DNA of 64,000 nt from Rickettsiales bacterium (GCA_020630095.1 JAHDCD010000001.1:133698-197697); one strand, 5' to 3'. Counted from the first letter of the stretch, positions 29,428 to 40,651 are shown. Notes: generated by a model from the sequence alone, not told the origin. Numbers and translations: made by a program.

Positions 29428-30153
29428 TTAGTCACTTAATGCAGAGATTGCATCTTTTACGCTAAATTTATTTTCATAAATGGCACGGCCAGAAATTACA
29501 CCTTCAACGCCTGACGATTTTATTTTAGCTACTTCTTTAAGGTCTGGAAGTGATGAAATTCCACCAGATGCGATTATTGGAATATCTGCTGCTTCTGCGA
29601 GTGCTTTTGTTGATTCTGTATTAACACCAGCCATTGCACCATCGCGTGCAATATCTGTATATATAATTGCGGCGATGCCGAAGCCTTGATATTCTTTGGC
29701 TAGTTCTATAACATCTATGCCTGAGTCTTCAGCCCAACCATCTGTTGCAACTTTGCCATCTTTAGCATCTAAGCCCAAAATTATTTTATTGCCGTATTCT
29801 TTACAAATTTCTTTAGTAAGTTCTTTATTTTTAACGGCGATTGTACCTAGTATTACGCGCGATACGCCTGCATCTAGCCAGCGTTTAACATCGTTTTTTG
29901 AGCGTATGCCACCACCTAGTTGAACTGGCATTTTTACCGCGCCTATTATAGATTTAACGGATTCTTCATTAATTGCTTTACCTTCAAATGCGCCGTTAAG
30001 GTCTACAACGTGTAAATATTGAGCGCCCTCTTCTTCAAACTGCAACGCTTGATCTTTAGGAGAGTTGGAGAAAATCGTAGCTTTATCCATCTCGCCTTGG
30101 TATAATCGTACGCAATTGCCGTCCTTTAAATCTATTGCTGGGTAAAAATTCAT
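29428..30153 (-). CDS. hisA: ProFAR isomerase HisA
   Basis: MNFYPAIDLKDGNCVRLYQG..., LHVVDLNGA, GGGIRS, SGRAIYE. Confidence 0.9.
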   Translation of the reverse strand: MNFYPAIDLKDGNCVRLYQGEMDKATIFSNSPKDQALQFEEEGAQYLHVVDLNGAFEGKAINEESVKSIIGAVKMPVQLGGGIRSKNDVKRWLDAGVSRVILGTIAVKNKELTKEICKEYGNKIILGLDAKDGKVATDGWAEDSGIDVIELAKEYQGFGIAAIIYTDIARDGAMAGVNTESTKALAEAADIPIIASGGISSLPDLKEVAKIKSSGVEGVISGRAIYENKFSVKDAISALSD

Positions 30154-31279
30154 GAAACTCTTACTAATAATAACGGGCTCTATTGCAAGTGTTAAGTGTT
30201 TTGAGCTTATATCTATTCTTAAAAAGAAAGGTGTGGATGTTACCTGCGTGCTTACAAAAGGCGGTGCGGAATTTATACAGCCGCTTAGTTTAGCCTCTTT
30301 AACGGGTAATAAAGTTTACTCGGATCTATTTGATTTAACTGATGAAACTGAGATGGGCCATATACGCTTAGCACGTGATTTTGATAAAATATTAGTGTGT
30401 CCTGCTTCGGCGGACTTTATGGCTAAGGTGGCTAACGGGCTTTGTAATGATTTAGCTTCAACTATTATATCTGCAACGGATACACCTGTTATATTTGCAC
30501 CGGCGATGAACGTTGAAATGTGGGCTAATAAGGCGAATAAGCGCAATATTGAGCAATTAAAGGAAGATGGTTTTGAGATAATTGAACCAGCATCTGGCGA
30601 GCTTGCATGCGGTGAATATGGTGCAGGTAGACTAGCAGAAATTAATGATATTATAGATTATTTACAAGGCGCTCAGCCATTATTAGGTAAGAAAGTTGTT
30701 ATTACTTATGGCGCAACGTTAGAGCCTTTGGATAATGTGCGCTATATATCTAATTATTCATCAGGTAAGCAAGGTTTGGCGATAATTGATTCATTAAAAA
30801 ATGCAGGTGCTGAGGTAATTGGAATTACTGGTGGGACTACGCAAGGCATGCATGATAAAGTTATGGAGTCACTTCCCGCAGATGTATTTATTTCATGTGC
30901 GGCGGTGTGCGATTATAAGCCTGAGAAGAAAATTGATGGTAAGATTAAAAAGACTGCTGAGAATCATTTGGATTTACGCTTAATTAAGAATCCGGATATT
31001 TTAAATAATGTTTCAAATAATTCAGGTGATAAACGCCCTGCTATTGTGGTTGGTTTTGCCGCGGAAGATGGTGATTTAGAAAAGAATGCGCTTGATAAAT
31101 ATGAGCGCAAAAATTGTGATATTTTAGTTGGTAACCATGTTAATGGTGGTAAAATTTTTGGTGCAGATGTTACGTCTGGTATAATTTTTAGCGATACTAA
31201 TAAGAATTTCGACAATATTACTAAAAAGCAACTAGCTGATTTACTTACAGAAGAGATATGTCAAAAAATTGGGAAATAG
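30152..31279 (+). CDS. coaBC: Bifunctional phosphopantothenoylcysteine decarboxylase / phosphopantothenate--cysteine ligase
   Basis: N-terminal flavoprotein domain (LIITGSIASVKC, PASADFMAKVANGLCNDL). CoaB half (ISNYSSGKQG, AAVCDYKP). Confidence 0.9.
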   Translation: MKLLLIITGSIASVKCFELISILKKKGVDVTCVLTKGGAEFIQPLSLASLTGNKVYSDLFDLTDETEMGHIRLARDFDKILVCPASADFMAKVANGLCNDLASTIISATDTPVIFAPAMNVEMWANKANKRNIEQLKEDGFEIIEPASGELACGEYGAGRLAEINDIIDYLQGAQPLLGKKVVITYGATLEPLDNVRYISNYSSGKQGLAIIDSLKNAGAEVIGITGGTTQGMHDKVMESLPADVFISCAAVCDYKPEKKIDGKIKKTAENHLDLRLIKNPDILNNVSNNSGDKRPAIVVGFAAEDGDLEKNALDKYERKNCDILVGNHVNGGKIFGADVTSGIIFSDTNKNFDNITKKQLADLLTEEICQKIGK

Positions 31280-32433
31280 AAACTAAGCAATTACGCTCTG
31301 GCTTAAACCGCACTAACCATGGTGAAACATCTGAAGCTATATTTTTAAACTCAGGCTTTTGCTATGATAATATTGAAACTGCAGAAGCACGCTTCGATGG
31401 CTCACAACCTGGTTTTGTATATTCGCGTTATAGCAACCCTACTCTACGCAGCTTAGAGGAGCGCTTAATTGAGTTGGAGGAAAGTGCTGAAGAGGCTTGT
31501 GTTGTAGGCTCAGGGATGGCGGCAGTTAATGCTGCTATATTAAGTAAGCTTAAGGCTGGTGATCATATAATTGCTTCGAAGGTTTTATTTGGTTCTTGTC
31601 ATTACATTATTAACGAGGTTTTGCCGCGCTTAGGTTTTGAAGTAACCTTGGTTGATGGTAAAAATTTAGATGAATGGGAGGCGGCATTTAAGCCTAATAC
31701 GTCTTTAGTATTTATTGAAACTCCTGCTAACCCTACGTTAGAACTTATTGATATTGAAGCCGTAGCAAATTTATGTAAAAAGAATGATGCCTTCTTTTTG
31801 GTGGATAATATTTTTGCAACTATGCTTTATCAAAAGCCGTTAACGCTTGGTGCAGATGCTGTTATATACTCACTTACTAAGCATATTGATGGTCAAGGTA
31901 GAACGCTTGGTGGAGTTGTGCTTGGTAGCAAAGAGTATATTCAAGAAACGGTTCTGCCATTTTATAGGCACACAGGCCCTGCCCTTTCGCCATTCAATGC
32001 GTGGGTGGTTTTAAAGGCACTTGAAACATTTAAACTTCGTGTTGATAAAATGACTGACAATGCTGAAGCTGTAGCAAATGCGCTGGCAAAATCAGATAAG
32101 ATTGAGAGGGTGATTTATCCATCGGCCAAGCATCATCCGCAAGCGGATATTGTAGAAAAGCAAATGGAGCGCGGTTCTAATATGATTGCCTTCTATGTTA
32201 AAGGTGGTAAGGAAGCTGCATTTAAGTTTGTAAATAACTTGCAGGTTATTGATATATCTAATAATTTAGGTGATGCGCGTTCATTAATTACCCACCCTGC
32301 AACTACTACGCACTCTAACATTCCAGAAGCTGATAGAAACGCTATAGGAATAACAGGTTCATTATTGCGCCTTTCAGTTGGCTTAGAAAATGCTGATGAT
32401 CTAGTTAAAGATATTGAAAAGGCCCTACTCTAA
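31258..32433 (+). CDS. metZ: O-succinylhomoserine sulfhydrylase (Cys/Met PLP family)
   Basis: 391 aa. TKQLRSGLNRTNHGETSEAIFLNSGF, PLP-lysine context YSLTKHIDGQG, LRLSVGLE. Confidence 0.85.
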   Translation: MSKNWEIETKQLRSGLNRTNHGETSEAIFLNSGFCYDNIETAEARFDGSQPGFVYSRYSNPTLRSLEERLIELEESAEEACVVGSGMAAVNAAILSKLKAGDHIIASKVLFGSCHYIINEVLPRLGFEVTLVDGKNLDEWEAAFKPNTSLVFIETPANPTLELIDIEAVANLCKKNDAFFLVDNIFATMLYQKPLTLGADAVIYSLTKHIDGQGRTLGGVVLGSKEYIQETVLPFYRHTGPALSPFNAWVVLKALETFKLRVDKMTDNAEAVANALAKSDKIERVIYPSAKHHPQADIVEKQMERGSNMIAFYVKGGKEAAFKFVNNLQVIDISNNLGDARSLITHPATTTHSNIPEADRNAIGITGSLLRLSVGLENADDLVKDIEKALL

Positions 32434-33075
32434 AATTTCGGTAGGAGCTTCGATGATATCTTGAGCAATAGCCTCAATAGCTTCTTGAGTGGGCTCAATA
32501 TTAGCGCTTTCAGTTTGTTTCATTTCAAAAGTAAGAGGGTCAATATAAACAGTTGGTTCTTCTTTTACTTCACTTATAATTGCACCAGATTGAATTTCTT
32601 CAACGATCTCAACTTTTGGCTTTGTAGTTTTTTGTGATACACCTTCAAAGAAAGAGTGGAATTCATCGTTTGTAAAGCAACCTTCTTTTCCTATGTGGAA
32701 TGCGCAGGTAAGAGTTACAGTTGTACCTTCATGTGCAATATCTTTACCTTCAGGGTTAATTACATTGCGTAAAACTATAAGGTCAATCTTATCATCTAAG
32801 TAAATGCGTTTACGGCTGAATTTTGAAATTGTGCTACGGATTTTATTTAAACCGAATGAGTTATAAGTGGTAAAACCTTTAGCGTCCGTGCTTAAGAAGC
32901 TATCAAAATCAATTTCAACTTCGGTATCTAATTTTGCATATTTCTTTGCAGAGCTTTTAAATTGAGAGATACGTTTTTCAGCATCTGGTCCTGTTAAGCG
33001 TTCAATTTCTGAATCTGAAATTGCATGAGCTGATGTTGCGATTGATAATATTAAAATTGATATTAGTTTTTTCAT
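32425..33075 (-). CDS. Secreted hypothetical protein (216 aa)
   Basis: Signal peptide [18 protein letters not shown]. The start overlaps the mfd stop by 4 nt. Confidence 0.6.
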   Translation of the reverse strand: MKKLISILILSIATSAHAISDSEIERLTGPDAEKRISQFKSSAKKYAKLDTEVEIDFDSFLSTDAKGFTTYNSFGLNKIRSTISKFSRKRIYLDDKIDLIVLRNVINPEGKDIAHEGTTVTLTCAFHIGKEGCFTNDEFHSFFEGVSQKTTKPKVEIVEEIQSGAIISEVKEEPTVYIDPLTFEMKQTESANIEPTQEAIEAIAQDIIEAPTEILE

Positions 33076-36000
33076 AGCTCTTTTATTACTTCGTTAAGAT
33101 AGTTAACCCTTTCATCAGTATTTAAAGATTTGGCGGTATATTCAACAAAAACCTTTTGATCTGGGTGGATTTTTAATTTAAAATTATCATTTCCGCCAGC
33201 TAATTGCATAATTTTAACAGGGTCTTTGGGGGTATCTTCATGGAATCTTATTAAAATTCCTTTTTCTGATAGGGTAACTTTGTCGATGTTATGCTTGTAG
33301 CATTCTCTTTTTATTTCAATGGTTTTAAGTAGGTAGTTAACCTCTGCTGGTAAACTGCCGAACCTGTCAACTAGCTCAATGCGCATATTTTCTATTTCTT
33401 CTATAGTCTCTAAATTGGCAATTTTTCTATATAGACTTAAACGAAGGGTTAAATCTTCGATAAAATCTTGTGGAATCATAACTGAAGCGCCAATATTTAT
33501 ATCAGGCACGTAGTCATGATCGTTAGATTGCTCTTCTTTATTAAGTTGAATATTTTGAATCGCTTCGCGCAGCATCTGTTGATAAAGCTCAATACCAACC
33601 TCTTTAACATTACCAGATTGCTCATCGCCTAGTAAGTTACCGAAGCCACGGATATCCATGTCGTGCGAGGCTAAAGTGAAACCGGCGCCAAGAGTGTCCA
33701 TTTTTTGCATAACCTCTAAGCGCTTCAAGGCATTTTCGGTTATTTTCTTGCGTGTTGGTAATGTTAAATATGCGAATGCGCGGGTTTTGCTACGCCCTAC
33801 TCGCCCTCTAATTTGATATAACTGCGCAAGGCCGTACATATCCGCCTTGTGGATGATAATTGTATTTGCAGATGGGATATCAATACCAGATTCAATAATG
33901 GTAGTGGATAATAGAATATCATAGCCACCATCGTGGAATTTATTCATTATATCATCAAGCTCGGTAGAGCCCATTTGTCCATGAGCGCGGGCGAACTTTA
34001 ATTCAGGTAATTCTTCTTTTAAGAAGGTTTCGATATCATCAAGATCAGAAATTCTAGGTGCAACATAGAAGCTTTTTCCGCCCCTGTAATATTCGCGCAT
34101 TAGTGCTTCTTTGATAATTAATTTATCGAACGGCATTACGAAGGTTCTTATAGGTAGTCTATCAACTGGTGCGGTGGCAAGTAATGAAAGCTCACGTATG
34201 CCAGCTAAAGATAATTGTAATGTACGTGGTATTGGGGTTGCACTCATTGCCAATACATGACACTCTGCACGGAATTCTTTTAAGCGTTCTTTTTGTTTTA
34301 CGCCAAAACGTTGTTCTTCATCAATAATTACTAGGCCAAGATTTTTAAATTCTACATCTTTTGCAAGTAGTGCATGCGTGCCGATAACGATATCTACTTC
34401 GCCACGGGTTATAGCTTCCTTGGTGGCTTTAAGTTCTTTTGCGGTAACTAACCTTGAAAGTACGCCAATTTTTATTCCTAGCCCGTCAAAACGTTCTTTG
34501 AAGTTTAAAAAGTGCTGACGTGCTAATAATGTTGTTGGTGCAATTAGGCATACTTGCGCTTTATTTGAAGCAAATACAATGGCTGCTGCGCCACGCATAG
34601 CAACTTCAGTTTTACCAAAGCCAACATCACCACAGATTAACCTATCCATTGGTTTTCCTTGGGTTAAGTCATCTATTATGTCTTCTGCGGCGTTTAATTG
34701 GTCTTCCGTTTCGGAATATGGGAATTTTTCAATAAACTGATTATATAATTCAGGCTCAGGGTTAAATACTGGCGCGGTACGAGTTGCGCGTTTTGCGGCA
34801 ATAATAAGTAAGGCATCGGCAATTTGTTTAATGCGCTTCTTTAATTTAGATGTTCTATTTTGCCAGTTGGCAGAGCCTAACCTATCTAGTTCAACGCCAT
34901 CTTCTGAGCCGAAGCGTTTAATGGTGTCTATATTTTCTACTGGTACATAGAATTTATCTCCGCCGTAATATTCTAAGTATATGAAGTCGTGCGTTAAACC
35001 GCCAACTTCCATTGTTTCTAATGATATAAAGCGCCCTATTCCATGGTCTTTATGAACTACTAATTCATTTGGTGTTAAAGAGCCTGCTTCTTGGATGAAT
35101 TTTCTATTGTTGCGCTTTTTAGTGGTAATGCGTGAAGCTTTTTCGCCTATTAAATCTTTTTCAGAAACTATAAAAATATCATTGCTAGAAAAGCCATGTT
35201 CTAATGGAAATATGCCTAGTCCAACTTTGCCATCTTTACGTTTTAATTTTGAGGTATCGTTAATATCTTCAATGTTCGTATGAGCAATATCGAACTGGTT
35301 TAATAAGGTAGATATGCGCTCTTTTGTGCCATTGGAGTTACAGGCTATAATGGAATTTTTAGTTTTAAGGTCTTGGGCGATATCAGAATAAAATAGCTCA
35401 AATGCATGTACACCTTTTGCTTTGGATAGGTTGAAATAATCTGGCGCAGTCTTTAATTCGTCATTGCGAGCGTTAGCGAAGCAATCCAGTGATCGCTGTT
35501 CTTGGCTAGATTTCTGGATTGCTTCGTCACTTTGTTCCTCGCAATGACTTGTTAAATTATATAACTCATCTGCTGGTAGTGGATTATATTTTGATTCAAA
35601 CATTCCTTTTGAGGCTGTTTCGGCATCAAAACTGCGAGATTCAAAGTAATCTTTTATTTGTTCGGTACGTTCGGCGATAGATTGTTCAACGAATGGCGAG
35701 AAATAAACAGGGGCATCAATATAATCTGTTATGCTTGCCATGCCGTTATAGAATAATGGTAACCAATGTTCAAAGCCGGCATATTTGCGCCCTTCGGATA
35801 TTGCTTCAAACAGGCTGTCGTCTGATGTTACGGCAAAAGCTTCGCGATAATTAGTTTTGAAGTTTTCTATATTTTCTTCTCTAAATAATGCTTCAGAGGC
35901 GGGTATTATTTCTAAGCTATCAAGTTTAGAGTTTGGTGTAGTTATTTGAGTTATAAGGTCAAATTGACGTATAGATTCTAAGTTGTCGCCGAAGAAATCT

Positions 36001-36506
36001 AAGCGAAACCCTGTTTCAGAGCCCATAGGTACAATATCTATAATTGAGCCGCGTAAGGCAAATTCGCCATTGTCAGATGCTGTGCCAGTATTGATATAGC
36101 CGTTATCAACTAAGAATCTGGAGAACTCGTTATGGTTTATTACATCGCCTAAATTTAAGATTTTAGTTGCAGATTGTATTGCATCTACAGGTGGAAGCTT
36201 TTGTGTGTAAGCATTAACTGAGGTTATAACTAATTTACTTTTATTCTTAGAATTAATGATACTAGAAAGGGCTTTTAAGCGCTTGGATATAATATCATTT
36301 GAAGGTGAAATACGATCGTAGGGAATGCAATCCCATGCTGGGATCGTAATAACATCATATTCTGGTAAGAAGAACTGAGCTTGCTTTGCAGCGAGTTCAG
36401 CTTTTGTATCGTCAAGGCATACTAATATTGCTGACTCTGAAGATTTTATAGAGTTTTTTGTAATAAAAGTTGCAGGCGCAACGGAATTATTTATATTAAT
36501 AAGCAA
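33072..36506 (-). CDS. mfd: Transcription-repair coupling factor Mfd carrying a palindromic-element insertion
   Basis: 1144 aa. CarD-like RID ([12 protein letters not shown]), Walker [22 protein letters not shown], and TRG-region helicase motifs. Confidence 0.95.
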   Translation of the reverse strand: MLININNSVAPATFITKNSIKSSESAILVCLDDTKAELAAKQAQFFLPEYDVITIPAWDCIPYDRISPSNDIISKRLKALSSIINSKNKSKLVITSVNAYTQKLPPVDAIQSATKILNLGDVINHNEFSRFLVDNGYINTGTASDNGEFALRGSIIDIVPMGSETGFRLDFFGDNLESIRQFDLITQITTPNSKLDSLEIIPASEALFREENIENFKTNYREAFAVTSDDSLFEAISEGRKYAGFEHWLPLFYNGMASITDYIDAPVYFSPFVEQSIAERTEQIKDYFESRSFDAETASKGMFESKYNPLPADELYNLTSHCEEQSDEAIQKSSQEQRSLDCFANARNDELKTAPDYFNLSKAKGVHAFELFYSDIAQDLKTKNSIIACNSNGTKERISTLLNQFDIAHTNIEDINDTSKLKRKDGKVGLGIFPLEHGFSSNDIFIVSEKDLIGEKASRITTKKRNNRKFIQEAGSLTPNELVVHKDHGIGRFISLETMEVGGLTHDFIYLEYYGGDKFYVPVENIDTIKRFGSEDGVELDRLGSANWQNRTSKLKKRIKQIADALLIIAAKRATRTAPVFNPEPELYNQFIEKFPYSETEDQLNAAEDIIDDLTQGKPMDRLICGDVGFGKTEVAMRGAAAIVFASNKAQVCLIAPTTLLARQHFLNFKERFDGLGIKIGVLSRLVTAKELKATKEAITRGEVDIVIGTHALLAKDVEFKNLGLVIIDEEQRFGVKQKERLKEFRAECHVLAMSATPIPRTLQLSLAGIRELSLLATAPVDRLPIRTFVMPFDKLIIKEALMREYYRGGKSFYVAPRISDLDDIETFLKEELPELKFARAHGQMGSTELDDIMNKFHDGGYDILLSTTIIESGIDIPSANTIIIHKADMYGLAQLYQIRGRVGRSKTRAFAYLTLPTRKKITENALKRLEVMQKMDTLGAGFTLASHDMDIRGFGNLLGDEQSGNVKEVGIELYQQMLREAIQNIQLNKEEQSNDHDYVPDINIGASVMIPQDFIEDLTLRLSLYRKIANLETIEEIENMRIELVDRFGSLPAEVNYLLKTIEIKRECYKHNIDKVTLSEKGILIRFHEDTPKDPVKIMQLAGGNDNFKLKIHPDQKVFVEYTAKSLNTDERVNYLNEVIKEL
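35460..35548. repeat. RPE-like palindromic element inside the mfd reading frame
   Basis: Outer arms gtcattgcgag / ctcgcaatgac. Inner arms gcgaagcaatccag / ctggattgcttcg. Translated within Mfd as ...[31 protein letters not shown]... Confidence 0.8.
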
Positions 36507-36530
36507 TTATAGACGGGAGTCTTTTAAAAC

Positions 36531-37037
36531 ATGAGAACATTATTAGCAATTCTATTATTATCATTTTTCACGCCATTAGCTTCTGCTCAAGAAAATTTAG
36601 AGTCTAAAGAGTGGCAAGATTACATGGTGGTTGAAAACCAAGAAGGTGAATTCCAAAATTTAGCATATGAATATGCGGACAAAAATATTCTTTTATTTTT
36701 CTGGGCGGAATGGTGTCATTACTGTCGTAAAACATTACCTTCAATTAATAGGTTAGCTAAAGAGTTTGAAGCGAAATACCCTAACTTTATCGTTATGCCT
36801 GTATCTATTAGTCAAAAAGGTATTGGGCCAGCTAAAAAGTACTTTAAAAGAAATGGTTTTAATAATTTAAAGCCTTACCACGATACTAACAATGCGCTAT
36901 TTGCGCGTTATGGTGGTAGAGGTGTGCCTTACGCGGCGCTACTTTCTAAAGGTAAGTTAATTCAAAAGATTTCTGGTCAGCAAGATTATGATGGTTCAGT
37001 TATGCGTGAATTAATCGCAAATATTGCTAAAAAGTAA
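36531..37037 (+). CDS. Periplasmic TlpA-like thiol:disulfide oxidoreductase (thioredoxin fold)
   Basis: Signal peptide; CxxC motif in FWAEWCHYCRK. Confidence 0.7.
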   Translation: MRTLLAILLLSFFTPLASAQENLESKEWQDYMVVENQEGEFQNLAYEYADKNILLFFWAEWCHYCRKTLPSINRLAKEFEAKYPNFIVMPVSISQKGIGPAKKYFKRNGFNNLKPYHDTNNALFARYGGRGVPYAALLSKGKLIQKISGQQDYDGSVMRELIANIAKK

Positions 37038-37060
37038 TCTTCATATTATAATGCTCGCAA

Positions 37061-37942
37061 ATGAGCAATCAGTATAAAATTATAGCGTTCTACAAGTTTG
37101 TAGAAATTTTAAATTATGAAGAATTTAAAGAGCCTATTAAGGCGGCTATGGTTGAGCGTGGAATCAAAGGTACAATCCTTTTAGCGCGTGAAGGTGTTAA
37201 TGCTACTATTGCGGGTTCATCGGCTGAAGTGGATGATTTCTGGGAGTTCCTTAGTAATTTTGATGAACGCTTGGATGGCGGTTATAATTTTAAAACATCA
37301 TATTCAGAATTTCAGCCATTTGAGCGTACTAAAGTTCGTTTGAAGAAGGAAATTGTGCGCATGGGTTTAGAGAATTTGCCAGTTAAGTCTGGTGAGTATT
37401 TAAAGGGAGAAGATTGGGATAATATGATTATGAAGCCTGAAACTATCACCATTGACACGCGCAATGATTACGAGGTTATGATGGGTAGTTTTGAAGGGGC
37501 GGTTAATCCTGAAACTAAAGACTTTAGGTCTTTCCCGAAATGGGCGGATGACCATTTGAAAGATACCCCTAAGGATACGCCAATTGCGATGTTTTGCACT
37601 GGTGGTATTAGGTGCGAGAAGTCTACATCTTATTTAAAGCATAAAGGTTTTAAAAATGTGTACCATTTAGATGGTGGTATTTTGCAATATCTTGAAGATA
37701 AGCGCGATGAAGGCAAAGAGCATTTATGGAATGGCGATTGCTTTGTATTTGATGACAGGGTTGCCGTTAACGAAAGTTTAGAGCCTTCCCCTGCTCCGTT
37801 ATGTAAAGATTGCGGTCAGCCGGTTACGGGTGATGATATTCGTTGGGGCGATGTTGAACTACGTAAAGAAAGGCATAATCAGAAGGGTATGGTTTGCTTA
37901 CAATGTGCACCTGAATTATACTTGAAGAAGGAATCTAGTTAA
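37061..37942 (+). CDS. trhO: Rhodanese-domain tRNA uridine(34) hydroxylase (UPF0176/YceA family)
   Basis: IIAFYKF...GTILLAREGVNATIAGS and the rhodanese active-site loop CTGGIRCEKS. Confidence 0.8.
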   Translation: MSNQYKIIAFYKFVEILNYEEFKEPIKAAMVERGIKGTILLAREGVNATIAGSSAEVDDFWEFLSNFDERLDGGYNFKTSYSEFQPFERTKVRLKKEIVRMGLENLPVKSGEYLKGEDWDNMIMKPETITIDTRNDYEVMMGSFEGAVNPETKDFRSFPKWADDHLKDTPKDTPIAMFCTGGIRCEKSTSYLKHKGFKNVYHLDGGILQYLEDKRDEGKEHLWNGDCFVFDDRVAVNESLEPSPAPLCKDCGQPVTGDDIRWGDVELRKERHNQKGMVCLQCAPELYLKKESS

Positions 37943-39019
37943 TGTCTATTGATCTATATAAATCACAAATTGAAGAGGCTTTAGCTATGCTAGAGCAGTA
38001 TCTTTGACCTTGATAAATTAAATACAGAGTTTGCTGAGTTAGAGCAAAAAGCTAATGCACCAACTTTGTGGGATAACCCTACTGAAGCGCAAAAAATTAT
38101 GCTTAAAAAATCTGCTATAGAAAAGCAGATAAATTCTATAACGGATATCAAGCAAGGCTTGAATGATTACATTGAACTTACTGAAATTGCTGAAGGTGAT
38201 GAGCTAAAAGAGATTGAGGAATCTTTGAGCGATTTAGCTATTGAAGCTAATAAGGCAAAGATTGAAGCTTTATTTTCAGGCGAAGCTGATTCAAGCGATT
38301 GCTTTATTGAGATTCATGCAGGTGCAGGCGGTACAGAAAGTTGCGATTGGGCAGAAATGCTGTTGAGGCAATATTTACGTTGGTGTGAAAAGCATGAGTT
38401 TAAAACGGAAATTATAGATGAGCTTGTAGGCGATGAAGCTGGTATAAAATCGGTAACATTTTCTGCATCAGGTTTTAATGCCTATGGCTGGGCTAAAACG
38501 GAAAGTGGAGTACATCGGCTAGTACGCATAAGTCCGTTTGATAGTGCTGGTAAAAGGCATACATCGTTTGCATCTGTTTGGGTGTACCCAAAGATTGATG
38601 ATAATATCGAGATTGAAATTGATATGAGCGAGGTGCGCATTGATACTTATCGTGCATCTGGCGCGGGTGGTCAGCATGTTAATAAAACAGATTCCGCGGT
38701 GCGTTTAACGCATGAACCTACGGGTATTGTTGCGCAGTGTCAGAATGGTCGTTCACAGCATAAAAACAAGGCGGAGGCTATGCGTATTTTAAAGTCTCGT
38801 CTTTATGAGCTTGAGTTACGCAAACGTAATGAAGAAGCTGATGCCGCAAATGCCGATAAAACTGAAATTGGTTGGGGTAATCAGATACGCTCTTACGTTT
38901 TGCACCCGTATCAGATGGTTAAGGATTTACGCACTAAAGTTGAAACTGGTAATACATCTGCCGTACTAGATGGCGATTTGGACGAGTTTATTATGGCTAG
39001 CCTTTCTCAGAAGATTTAG
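37942..39019 (+). CDS. prfB: Peptide chain release factor 2, programmed +1 frameshift
   Basis: Frame 0 runs ATG 37942 ... TAT CTT TGA (CTT 38002-38004, TGA 38005-38007). After a +1 shift, GAC at 38006 continues as DLDKLNTEFAELEQKANAPTLWDNP... SPF and GGQ (ASGAGGQHVNKTDSAV) are present. Confidence 0.92.
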
Positions 39020-40136
39020 ATTCATCTGTTAGTTTAGAATCTAGTTCTTTTGAGTATTTAACACCTAGGTTTTTTAATTTTTCTGCACGGGCTACAAGAT
39101 TACCCTTACCTGTGGAAAGTTGATTAATTGCCTTTTCATAAGATGTTCTGGCATTATCTAAGCCTTTCTCTACTCCTAAAATACTTTCGGAGAATAAAAC
39201 AAACTTATCGTACATGAAACCGGCTTGTTGCGCGATTTCCATAGCGTTCTTGTTTTGCTGGTCGATGCGCCAGAATGATGCGATAGTTTTTAGCGCTATC
39301 ATTAACGTTGATGGGCAAGTTATTGCGACTTTTTTATCCCATGCAAAGCTATGTAGGTCTTTATCAGTTTGCATAGCTAAGGAGTATGCACCTTCGATAG
39401 GTACAAACATTAATACAAAGTCTGGAGTGCCTTCCATGCCATCCGCTTCGGAATATTTTTTCTTTTCTAAGCCTTTAACCTGCTCCTTTAATGCTGTTAG
39501 AAAACTATTTAATTTAAGTTGTTGTTCTACGTCTGTTTCTACGGATGTATATTCTTCGTAGTGTTTTAAGTTAATTTTAGAATCTACGATAATATGCTTA
39601 TTCTCAGGTAGTTTAATAATAACGTCTGGTTTTAAATGACCACCGGTATCGGAATGTTTTAAACTCATATCCTCACCTTGGGTGATATAATCCTCGCCTT
39701 TGCGTAGGCCAGATTCTTCTAATATCTTCTCTAGTATAACCTCTCCCCAAGTACCCTGTACTTGAACATCACCTTTTAGCGCGGTGGTTAAGTCGCTAGC
39801 TTGTTTAGTTATTTTTTCGTTAGCTTTAATGATATTCTGTATCTCTCCTTTTAAGTGCATTACATCCTTGCCTTGAGTCTGGAAGGAGTCTTTTACTAAT
39901 TTATCAAAATCTTGAATGCGTTGGTTTAATGGCGTTAGCATTGCACCTAAGCGCTCGCCAGATATTTTATCTAGTGATTCAGATTTTTTATCTAATGATT
40001 TTTGAGCATATTGCTCAAGTTCTGAGCGGAATAAGGCGATTTGATTATCCGCTGAAAATGACTTTACGAAGTACCCGATAACTAGGCCAAGTATAAGGCA
40101 AATTACGGGAATTAATGTGGGTAAATATTCTTGCAT
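38997..40136 (-). CDS. rmuC: DNA recombination protein RmuC
   Basis: 379 aa. N-terminal TM, coiled coil, RmuC nuclease-like C-terminal domain (PDFVLMFVPIEGAY). Confidence 0.8.
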   Translation of the reverse strand: MQEYLPTLIPVICLILGLVIGYFVKSFSADNQIALFRSELEQYAQKSLDKKSESLDKISGERLGAMLTPLNQRIQDFDKLVKDSFQTQGKDVMHLKGEIQNIIKANEKITKQASDLTTALKGDVQVQGTWGEVILEKILEESGLRKGEDYITQGEDMSLKHSDTGGHLKPDVIIKLPENKHIIVDSKINLKHYEEYTSVETDVEQQLKLNSFLTALKEQVKGLEKKKYSEADGMEGTPDFVLMFVPIEGAYSLAMQTDKDLHSFAWDKKVAITCPSTLMIALKTIASFWRIDQQNKNAMEIAQQAGFMYDKFVLFSESILGVEKGLDNARTSYEKAINQLSTGKGNLVARAEKLKNLGVKYSKELDSKLTDESKSSEKG

Positions 40137-40210
40137 ATTTTTCTTAGAAGGTTATTCAAAGTTACAGGGTATTAAGTAAATATCCACTTAAAACAAACAG
40201 GAGTAAAATT

Positions 40211-40603
40211 ATGAAAAAATTATTTTTAGCATTAGTATTAACTACAGGTTTAGTATCTACAGCAGAAGCTAGAGACTTCAATGGTGATGGCATTATTACA
40301 GTTGAAGAGGCTAAACAATTCAGAGCAAATTATGACACTGATGGTGATGGCAAGCTTTCTAAAACTGAAAGAGCGCCTTTAAGAGAAAAAGCTAAGGAAA
40401 GACGTTCTGTAGTTAGAGATAAATTTGATGCAGATGGTTCTGGTAAGCTTAATAAAGAGGAGAGAAAAGCGGCTAGAGAATATAGAAAAGAAAACCGCCC
40501 TAAATTAAGCGATGAACTTAGAGAAAAAACTAAGGAAAGACGTGCTAAGCGTAAAGATAAACGAAAAGAACGCAGAGCTCAAAGGCGTGGTAATGTTAAC
40601 TAG
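40211..40603 (+). CDS. Secreted EF-hand-like calcium-binding protein
   Basis: Signal peptide. Three DxDxDG-type loops (DFNGDGIITVEE, DTDGDGKLSKTE, DADGSGKLNKEE). Arg/Lys-rich tail. Confidence 0.65.
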   Translation: MKKLFLALVLTTGLVSTAEARDFNGDGIITVEEAKQFRANYDTDGDGKLSKTERAPLREKAKERRSVVRDKFDADGSGKLNKEERKAAREYRKENRPKLSDELREKTKERRAKRKDKRKERRAQRRGNVN

Positions 40604-40621
40604 TTTTAGTTAAATATATTT

Positions 40622-40651
40622 AAAAAGGCGGCTTATTAGTCGCCTTTTTTA
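40622..40651 (+). terminator. Rho-independent terminator
   Basis: aaaaaggcg-gcttattagt-cgccttttttatt. Confidence 0.7.

Noticed and set aside
29428-30153. hisA standing alone, considered as evidence of horizontal transfer
   Set aside because: Dispersed his genes are common in alphaproteobacteria. No compositional or mobility signal is present at this locus.
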